DNA from: Hypanus sabinus
Lineage: Eukaryota
Length of the DNA stretch: 64,000 nucleotides
Reading direction: 5' to 3'
Assembly: GCF_030144855.1 (NCBI RefSeq)
Contig: NC_082719.1
Location: 81,840,001 to 81,904,000 of the forward strand
A model generated the notes under the pieces. It saw only the letters and a list, made by a program, of their open reading frames with translations, did no database searches and had not been told where the DNA came from. The position numbers and the translations under genes were made by a program. How positions within the stretch are numbered: the stretch's first letter is position 1; every line of letters begins with the position of its first letter. Positions 26,340 to 36,600 of the stretch are shown one piece after another.

Positions 26340-27105
26340 GTGGCAAGACCACGAAAGTGGTCCTTATTGCAGAGCCTTTGAGCTGGCTGCTCTGATTCTC
26401 AATGTGTCCTTCAGTACAAACTCCAGCACCTTGGAATGTGCAAGATGCTGACATTCAGTTGTGGATACTCCTAACAAATGAAGATCAAAAAGCTTTGTGC
26501 AAACCAAAATGCATCTCCTTATGCAAACCACTTTTTTATTTTAAAAATAAATCATACTCATGAAAATATACTGCATAAAATACAATATGAGCAGTACATC
26601 TTTCTATACATTCATATTGTTATCAAATCAGTCCTTTCATTTCACCAACAACCAATGTATTTTATTTACAAAACATCAACACACTCATGTTTCCTTCTTT
26701 AAACAGTACTCCAAATGAAGAGTCTGAGAAGCTGATACACAGGACCCAGCCCCTCAGAGTCTCATGACAGCAGAAAGTTAGATTTTAGACAGTCATCACA
26801 AAGTCTTTGTCGTGCCAGAACATCAACAGGCTATGGGCATCGTTCATGGAGTTGATGATATTGCATCAGCAGTTGATATTTCTCTGATGAAGGGTCTCAG
26901 CCTGAAACGTCAACAGCGCTTCTCCCTGTAGATGCTGCCTGGCTGGCTGCGTTCCACCAGCATTTTGTGTGTGTTGCTTGAATTTCCAGCACCTGCAGGT
27001 TTCCTCGTGTTTGCGTTGATATTTCTCTAATGTGCATCCCTTTGAACAGCCGGGAGATCATAGACTCCACTAATGGTGCAACTCCTTGGGACAAATCTTG
27101 ACCCA
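26340..27105 (-). mobile_element. Decayed L1/Tx1-like LINE ORF2 C-terminal fragments
   Basis: Minus-strand remnants TTECQHLAHSKVLEFVLKDTLRI and INC*CNIINSMND. Confidence 0.55.
26886..27014 (+). mobile_element. 129-bp Penelope pLTR-derived insertion with hammerhead core
   Basis: 14-bp TSD GTTGATATTTCTCT at 26872-26885 and 27015-27028; CTGATGAAGGGTCTCAGCCTGAAACGTC at 26884-26911. Confidence 0.8.
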
Positions 27106-28811
27106 AGTATTTATGTTTCCAAATAACAGCATTCGTAAATTCATAATTCATTCAGCAGTTAAGTTCCATCAGGAAATTTGAGTGGAGAGTATTGAAAGTA
27201 AAGAATGGACAAATATTTCCTGAGACAGAATACTTAATTAAGGCCCATTTGAGTGAGTGCCATGAATGGCATTTATGCCATGTTCTTTATCTAACTAACA
27301 AGTACTTTGCGACAAACAAGATAGCATTGAATGGAATGCAAACCTCCTCTAGGAACACATTTTATTCCCAACTGTGTTGAGTGAGCATTAGATAACCAAT
27401 GGAAAGAGTTAATGATTTATAGCTCCCCATGTGATACAACTATGGAGCAGTAATAACATATATTGTTCACCCAGAAAAAAACTAAAGGCTTATTAGTTAA
27501 AACTTTGTTAGATAAAATTGTAAGGTGTATATCTTGTATCTGTATTATGATTATGTGATTTAATAGAGTGGCTTTAAAATACACATTCCTTCTCCCATCT
27601 GATACTGTCTCAGGATAGCAAAGCCATCCAAAATCAAACTAAAATAGAATAAAAATGTTATTTTCTTTTGTATCATAGTCATTACAGATTTTTACAATCT
27701 ATTTGTTTAATTCTAGAATCCAAAGATAAAATCGAGTTTTCAAGTTCCAAACGGAATTCAATTTAGTCTTTTTAATTGAGTATCACCTAAATCTGTACCT
27801 ATGATATTAATGTAATTTACTATATGTCTAAATTAAGAAATTAGTCTAAAAAACCAACTTTGATATTGGGCCAGATCAAGAATAGTAGGGTCATCTCCGA
27901 GTTTACCGATCTCCTACAAGTCATGACATTTGGCCTTGATGACCCAGGGCGAACAAGTAAAAAAAGAGCCAGGATTCTCACCTCTAATTGCTTTCCAAGT
28001 GACCCCCTGCTGGAAATTTCTTTGCCGTGGCCACCGGGTGACATCAGGGAGAATTTCTGGTCGAGTCTACTGGATGCTGTCGGTTTAGAGTCACATCCCC
28101 GCCAGAACGGTTCCGTTCTGAAATGAAACTGCGAGCAAATCTGGGGAAAGGAAGATTAAACTGAAAAGAGGAAGAGCTGAAGGTTCCTGTTGGATCATTT
28201 GAAAAGTGGGTGGCTTCATGTGGTCCCTTACCTTGACGTGACCATTTTCAAAATAGCTAAGCATGCAAAGCCCAACAGCCATCAATGATCGAACATTCGC
28301 TCAAACCAGCCAGTTAAAATTACTCTCTGGCCCTGGATTGACGTCCTGCCTTCTCTCGTCATCGCTGATAAATTGAGGAATAACTTATGCAGCGTCGGGT
28401 ACGACTTGAAGTGCAGGGATTCAGAACAAAGTTCTCTATAGCTGATATCAATGCAGGGTCCCGCGGATCGCGTCTCTGCAAATCAGAACGAAGGCATCTC
28501 CGCAGTCGCTGGGCTCCCGTGTGTTAGTGTGGAAACTACGGGTGGATCTGCTGCTTTCTGAATGTTGACATTAAAAATGAAAGCGAGTGAGAGATTCTGA
28601 AGTCAAAGGGAGATGGAGAGGCTGCTTATTTGAATGTGGAGGCGGGACAGGTTTGTACTGGTTTCCCGAGAGCCCGGGAGCGAGGAGGTGAGAACTGCAG
28701 TTGAAGAACGGGCTGAAACCTCCCAAATAGGAGGGCGGCAGCTCCCACTGGCGCCCCCTCGAATTTATCGGATTTCCGACTAAAAGTGAATTATAACCCC
28801 TGAGCAAGAAA

Positions 28812-28834
28812 ATGAAATTGGAAAGAGTCCCTCG
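28812..28834 (+). CDS. tdgf1: EGF-CFC exon 1 (MKLERVPR)
   Basis: aaaATGa start, 23 coding nt, donor CG|GTAAGT, within a CpG-enriched region. Confidence 0.8.
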
Positions 28835-30650
28835 GTAAGTTTACTGCAGGGATGACGTGCGAAATCCTCCGGTACGTTTAGTCCCAATATTCACAGCTAT
28901 CTGATGTACTTTCAGGTTCCTGTCTGTGGTGATATTCATCTTACAGGCGGCGGGAACTGAGGCTGGTAAGCGACTCAAGTGAAGCTTGAATTATTCATCT
29001 CATGCTCTTGATATTATTGATTTATTTATTTATTGTTATTTTACTTCTTTTTGTATCTGCACAGTTTGTTTACTTTTGCACATTGGTTGTTTGTCCATCT
29101 TGTGTGCGATCTTTCATTGATGCCATTGTGTTTCTTTGTATTTACTGAAAATGCCTGTAAGAAAATGAATCTCGGGATTGTATACAGTAACAGATATGTA
29201 CTTTGATAAAAGATTACTTTGAACTTTTTCCTTGGGATATCCAGTAATACCAAGCGGTTATGTTTGGTCAGTTTCAGGCTGCGAAGGTCAAAACTGTGAA
29301 GATAAAGATACTTCCGACTCCGCTGTTCAGAAACACACAGAAAAAAATCACAGATCTTCTTTAAGACACTTTAATCACTTTAACAAACAGGCGGAAGACC
29401 GAAAATCGCGAAGCCATGAAGCGGTCATACCGTTCATTGGATTAACGGACAGTAAGTCACGGCGATCAAAACATCAGATCGAGTAAAATTGCGGAGTCTA
29501 ATTTTGGATTCAGCCGTTAACTAACGGCAGTGTGTCTCTTTGTCAACGGCGATAAAATGGCATAATAGGTACTAATATTCCAGTTTTTGCTGCAATATTC
29601 ATACAGAAGTCGTAAACTTGATCCAAGTTGACTTTAATTGCCACGTCCCCCTAATCAATCAATCACATCTTCAATAATCTCTCTTTAGCTTTTTAATCCT
29701 TATCCAAACAAACGAGTCCTTACTAAGTAAACAGAGCACGCTCGCTTGGTTTTATTATCGTCCTACCAGCTGGGTGGGAAAATCTTCTGAAGAAGACGCT
29801 TCCAAAAGATAATTATTGACCGCATTTTAAATTCGTAATTGAAATTAATGGAATAGCAGAACGGGTCTGAAGAGCTAAATAGCCCGTTCAAACTAAGTGC
29901 CTGATAAGCGATAATTTACTTCTGCTTTGGACCCTCGGAACTGACCCTGTCGGACTTAAACGGGACGAAATTGAAATTGTGAGGGAGTAGGGGCTATTTC
30001 TCAATACAGTATCCAGGTTTTCCAGAATAACCATTTTTTACTGGTTTCTCAATTGTGATTAATTGAGCATTTTGAAAACTTTATTCTTACAGCGGTTAGT
30101 ACTCTATATTTTAGTAGATTGTTAAGAATTGAAAAGCTTTCTGAATTTTCAAGCTTGCTGTGTCTACTCTGCATGAATAATGGAATGTGTTGGAATTATG
30201 ATTTTCAACCAAAAGAAGTATGCTGAAATATATCAGGATTTATTTAAGCCCTGATACTTACAGTACATGGTAATTCTAAGCTTATCCTATAGGGAGGATA
30301 TCTGGGCGTAGTTTGACGTCAAAACAGGTGCATCTTTAGATGTAACATTTAGGTTGAGCCCAAGACAGAGTTCCATTTTATTTGATATTGTCAGCTGAGT
30401 GAATATATCAGCAAGACCTCTTGGTTAACCATCCCAATTCTTCTTTCAACAATGCAAAGCCTTTGCCTTCTTTTCAGCTAATTGATTAGGCAGGATCTCT
30501 GTAGAAAGCAAATACCCAAAACAACACAGTGCCACCCCACTCCTAGTACCCGTATTAAACTTCAATATCTCTGGCGTGGGCTTGAAAGTACAGCTTTCTA
30601 AACGATGGAAACCAGTGTTACCATAGACCATAGGAGCAGAATTAGGCCAT

Positions 30651-30692
<42 letters not shown>

Positions 30693-33600
30693 AGCCTGCT
30701 CAGCCATTCAATCATGACTGGTCCTTTTTTTCTCCTCCTCAACCCCAGTTCCCAGCCTTCTCCCCCTAACCTTTGTTGCCATGTCCTATCAAGAACCTAT
30801 CAGTCTCTGCCTTAACTTCACCGAACGACCAGGCCTCCAGAGCTGCATATGGCAACAAATTCCCTAAATTCACCACCCTTTGGCTAAAGAAAATTATCTG
30901 CATCTCTGTTTTGAAAGGGTGCCCCTCTATCCTGAGGCTGTGCCCTCTTGTCCTAGATTCTCCCACCATGGGAAACATCCTTTCCATATCTACTCTGTCT
31001 AGGCCTTTCAACATTAGAAAGGTTTCAAGGAGACCCCCCCTCATCCTTCTGAATTACAGCCAGTACAGACCCAGAGGCATCAAATGTTCCTCATATGATA
31101 ATCCTTTCATTCCTGGAATCATCCTTGTGAATTTCCTCTGGACCGTCTCCAATGCCAGCACATCTTTTCTAAGATGAGGACCCCAAAACTGTTCACAATA
31201 CTCAAGGTGAGGCCTCACCAGTGCCTTATAAAGCCTCAGAATGACATCCTTACCCTTGTCTTCTAGACCTCTTGAAATGAATGCAAACATGACATAGGCC
31301 ATCAAATCGACCTGCAAGTTAACCTTTAGGGTGTTCTGCACAAGGACTCCCAAGTCACCTTGCATCTCAGATTTTTGGATTTTCTCCCCTTTTAGAAAAA
31401 AATCCCCACATTTATTTCTACCACCAATGTGCATGACCATGCGTTTTTCAAAATTGTATTTCCAACATTGTTACTACTGAACCTGGGTGAAATGCAAATC
31501 TCAGAATCAGGTTTATTATCATCGGCATGTGTCATGAAATTTGTTAATTTAGCTGCAGCTGTTCAATACATGATAAACAAGAGAAAAAAATAATAAATAA
31601 GTAAATCAATTACAGTACACATATATTGAATAGATTAAAAATTGTGCAAAAAAAAACAGAAGTATATATTAAAAAATTGAGGTAGTGTCCAAGGGTTCAA
31701 TGTCCATTTAAGAATCGGATGGCAGAGAGGAAGAAGCTGTTCCCGAATCGCTGAGTGTGTGCCTTCAGGCTTCTGTACCTCCTACCTGATGGTAACAGTG
31801 AGAAAAGGGCATGCTCTGGGTGCTGGAGGTCCTTAATAATGGATGCTGCCTTTCTGAGACACTGCTCCTTGAAGATGTCCTGGGTATTTTGTAGGCTAGT
31901 GCCGAAGATGGAGTCAACTAAATTTTCAACCCTCTGCAACTTCTTTCAGTCTTGTGCAGTAGCCCCCCCCCCATACATGACAGTGATGCAGCCTGTCAGA
32001 ATGCTCTCCAGAAATCACTATGAAATTTAAATACTTGCCCGTGCTTTGTTGAACCGAGTGAGTGAGAGCTGTAATTTCTAAATAGCCACACCTGATTGGA
32101 AAGTACCGAGAAATTGAACAAAAGTAAATATTAATCAAGTTGATTTTACTGTTTGATTTATATTTGCATGCATTACCAAAAAACATCACTTGTCCTATGT
32201 TCTTTTGCTCCATTCGCCATTCTTTGCATTGTTTTATTAGACAAATGCAAAAATAGCGACAACCTCACTATTTTGCTCTCCTTTTGAATGACATATTGTA
32301 TGTCAGTGATACTGATTCTGATTCCATGCAAAGCATTATATCTGAACCCCAATCCTGTTCTCACTTAGCTTCCACTGGTGTGTGCTTTTCATCAAGATTC
32401 ACTAGATATTGATTGGCATTTTATTGTAATAAGGAAACCAGTTGTAACAACACAACAAACAGTTCAGGTGAGATCAATCTTATTGATCATAAGACTAAAT
32501 ATCCACTCAGTGACCACTTTATTATGTACACCTGTACACATGCTTGAAAATGCAAATATCTAATCAGCTGATCTTATCGCAGCAACTAAACACATTAAAG
32601 CATGTGTTTTAACGCCTCATTGTCAAGAGGTTTAATTATTCTTCAGAATGGGGAAGAAATGCGATCTAAGTGGCTTTTTGAATGTGGAATAGTTGTTGGT
32701 GCCAGTCAGGGTGGTTTGAGTATCTCAGAAACTGCTGATCTCCTGGGATGTTCATGCAGTCTCAGGAGTTTACAGAGAATGGTGAGTGCACAAAACCAAA
32801 AAGCATTTAGTGAGTGGCAATTCTCTGAGCAAAAGTGCCTAGTTAATAAGAAAGGTCAGAGGAGAATAGCCAGACTGGTTTAAACCAACAGGAAGGTGAC
32901 AGTAACTCAGATAACCATGCATTAGAATAGTGGTGTGAAGAAGAGCACCTCTGAATGCATAACACGTTAAACCTTGAAGAGAATGGGCTACAGCAGCCGG
33001 AGACTACGAACCTGCACTCAGTGGCCACTTTATTAGGTACAGGAGGTACCTTATAAAGTGGCCACTGAGTGTATGTGTTCATGCATCTGGTTTGTATAAG
33101 CATTGGTAGCCCAATGTAAAACATGATTTCTTTTATCATTTGAACCAAACAAAGACCCTTAATCAGAATGGCTCGCTTTCACATTGCTTTCACTAAATCA
33201 GGCAACAAGTCAACTACCGGGTTCAAACAAGTTCTAATAATGAAACTTACAAGTTACATGCATCTTTCTTTGATGAAAGGAAATGGATCAAAGCAGGCAA
33301 TGCTCTATTTCTGAAGGTGCATGATTTATTTTTCTTTCCCCAGGCAGCAGGCTAAACAAGAGTTGCTGTCAGAATGGAGGAACCTGTGTACTTGGCAGTT
33401 TCTGCATTTGCCCCAAACATTTTGTGGGGAGAAGTTGTGAATATGATGAGCGCATTAGGTATGATCAATTGTGTTGTTAATTTAAGAATTGCAATGCTCT
33501 CAGCTGGTCACAGTTGAGGTAGATATGGGTTACATAGGCTTAAAGGATTATGAAAAAGAAAAATATTGCTATTCCTCCTAAGGTTTGCCTCCTCTTGACT

Positions 33601-36600
33601 TGTGCTGTTTACATTCCTTATATATTCAGGACCACAATAAAGGAAAACATTCTGTTACCTGCATTTAGTCATTATATATTGCATTCCAGATGACAAAACA
33701 CTTATCTTGTTAATGCTTAATGACTGTGCGGTTCTCATCTTCTCGTTGGTTCTATAACAATTTTTTCTCACTGGTACAATTCAAATGATTGATCTTTCAA
33801 CACCACCCTGAACTCCCATCCCCTCTCCTTTCAAGTACAGATTCAGTGTCGTCCAAATATTCATTCTTTTAACGTAGTCATGACACAGGTCGAACATAGT
33901 ACTGAAGCACAGTAGAGAATATTCAAGAGTGTTGCTGAACCACACAATAACAAGCTTTATATCCTTTTGATTTCATTTAGGGGATCTTGGTTTCTGATAT
34001 CCTTGATGCATAATTTTACTCCTTTCATTATATATAATGGTAACATACACATGACTATTTAAATATTTTGTCTAATATTTTATTATATATTAAGTATTGA
34101 ATGGTCCCGGTCCCATAGTACAACAAGATGGACTCATGACCTCACACTCTACCTTGTTGAGGTGTTGCATCCTATTGTCTGTCTGCACTGCCCTTTCTCT
34201 GTAACTGTAACACTTTATTCTGCTTTCTGTTATTGTTTTACCTTGTAGTAGCTTAATGCACTGTTGTAGTGAAATGATCTGTATGGATAGCATACAAAAC
34301 AAAGTTCTTCACTGTACTTCATACATGTAATGATAATAAACTCATTTTCCAATTTATTAAAAAAACAAGTTTGTACTGCACATTGAAGCATAAAATTAAA
34401 ATCTTCAGATGCTTCTTAGTATACATAGGAAAGCAAATTGAAATTTTGCAATGATCCTGGTTGGTTGGCCAATAGGCTAGACAATACTAGGTTTCCTTGC
34501 ATTTTCCGATTAGCAAATGGTTTTGTTTTATGAATCTTTATCACAATTTGACTAGAGAGAAAGGAAACTTAACTAGTTATCTGTATAATTCTTTTACAAG
34601 TCAAAGTAGGCTTGGTTGGGAAGCCTTTTACAGTCAATCAATTTGCAGATACACACTCGTTCGGTTCAAGAAGGATAAAAACTAGTATGCTGAAGCAGTT
34701 CAAGACTATCTCAATGGAACACCTGCTGGAGAAGGAATATATATTCACAAAATTTGGAGGGAAATAAATTATATCTTTTGGATTATATTTTGCTGAATGA
34801 TAGTTTATGCCGAATAATTGCCTATGAATTTTTTCCCTCTTTGTGACAGAAACTGTGGCTACATTCCCGAAGGAGCATGGGTGCCTAAAAACTGTACATG
34901 GTGTAAGTGTAGCTATGGGACTTTACACTGTGTTCGTGGATCTCAGAGTGACTGTGGTAAGAATGTTTTTCTTGTGATCTTGATCTTAGTGGACGCTTTG
35001 CCATAGCACTCTTTAGATTCTTTTCAAGATTTAAGGTTCAATGTTGTTTATTGTCATTCTTCAGTACTTGAGAGTAAAGGAGAATGAAATGATTGGTTTT
35101 GATGCAACATAAAAGAACACAGTAAGCAGAAAGAACACATTAGAACTTGAAGTAACACAATGTACAAGTAACTGTGACAGACTGTACATCGATTGATTGT
35201 ATATGGTTCTGTAAGGTTGTCATACCGGAAGGGGTTGGGGTGGGAGGGGCGTGGGGCGGCTAGTGGGGAATAAGCTCCCACTACCTATTAAATGCTCCGA
35301 ATGATGTGTGTCTCAAACAGCCTCAATAACCAGGACCAGCTCTGGGCCTTTATATGCAGCTTAGCTACTATGCCTAGCAGAACCAGTTCTACCGACAGGA
35401 GAAGAGGTAAAGGTGGGTTACTGGCACCTTAAAACTAGCTGCATTGGGCAGATAGGGTTTATTATCCATGGTTGGCAGGTCATCTCAGAGAAGGAAAACT
35501 TTGATCTCAAACCTCTGCTGCCTTGTGGCTCTACCCACTCACGGGGAAGGCTTCAAGAGTAAACCCCGAGGAAAAATCCGGATCTGGGGTCTCTAAGGCA
35601 GACCAACATTGAGTTCAATGCTGACTGGCAACTCCTGCGATGCCAAACTGTATCAGTCTTTGCCAATCCTTTTGATTCATCAGACGCATGGAGAGGGGCA
35701 GCCTGTGACATGGGCAACAGCTTGCTCTCCATATAGTGCTACCCTGGCTTGCATATCATGTAGACAGCTGGGACACAACTTCTTTGTTGACCCTGGCTAA
35801 TGGAGGCCTCAAGATTTTATGTCCATAAAGTGACACTAGGTGGTGTGTATGTAGCAGTGGTGAGGGGTGATGGGGTGGGTTAATTGGTGGAGGCGTTAAT
35901 TAGTCTGACAGTTTGAGGGAAGTAACTGTTTTTAAGTATTGCTAATTAACATAGTTATTACCTAACATATTTATTATGCATTCCCTATGAAATCAGTATA
36001 TTTAAGTGTTCATTAATAACTAATAACTCCACAGAAATAAATTGTTAACAGGAGGAAATCTGCAGATACTGGAAATTCAAACAACATACACAAAATGCTG
36101 GTGGAACACAGCAAGCCAGGCAGCATCTATAGGGAGAAATACTGTCGACGTTTCAGGCCGAGACCCTTCATCAGGACCCATCGAAGTCCTGACGAAGGGT
36201 CTCGGCCCGAAACATTGACAGTGCTTCTCCCTATAGATGCTGCCTGGCCTGTTGTGTTCCACCAGCATTTTGTGTGTGTTGAATAAATTGTTAATCTCTA
36301 TAAAATTGGTTTGTCTCAGTCAATAAACATTTGTCAACAGAAAATTACACGGGAATTGTTAGTCATTAGTTTCAGTAATCTTAAGCAATTTGCTGGAGGA
36401 GTCAATGTGAGCTTTTTGTGAGTCCACTGAAAATTCATGAGCACAATCATTTGGTTGAAGAGACTTTGCAACCATGAGTGTTTGTATAAACAATTTATTT
36501 TCAATTCCAGATGAGGGGATGTTTGTCATGTAATCTGAGTTAATGGTTAACATAACAAAAGGAATTTGCAGGGAGAAAGGAGATGAATGATTCTTCCACT

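Larger units (their letters stand above)
27890..29560 (+). promoter_or_regulatory. CpG-enriched promoter/5' region of the EGF-CFC gene
   Basis: Visible rise in CpG density around exons 1-3, with TGACGT half-CRE motifs near 28234 and 28319 and a GC-box-like GGGCGG near 28733. Confidence 0.55.

Noticed and set aside
27578-27585. FoxH1 motif AATACACA ~1.2 kb upstream of the EGF-CFC ATG
   Set aside because: A single 8-mer in AT-rich DNA is expected by chance; I saw no paired site.
33345-33350. Tandem CAG acceptors at the EGF exon
   Set aside because: Offsets of +4 and +7 shift the frame; only the AG ending at 33343 is in phase.
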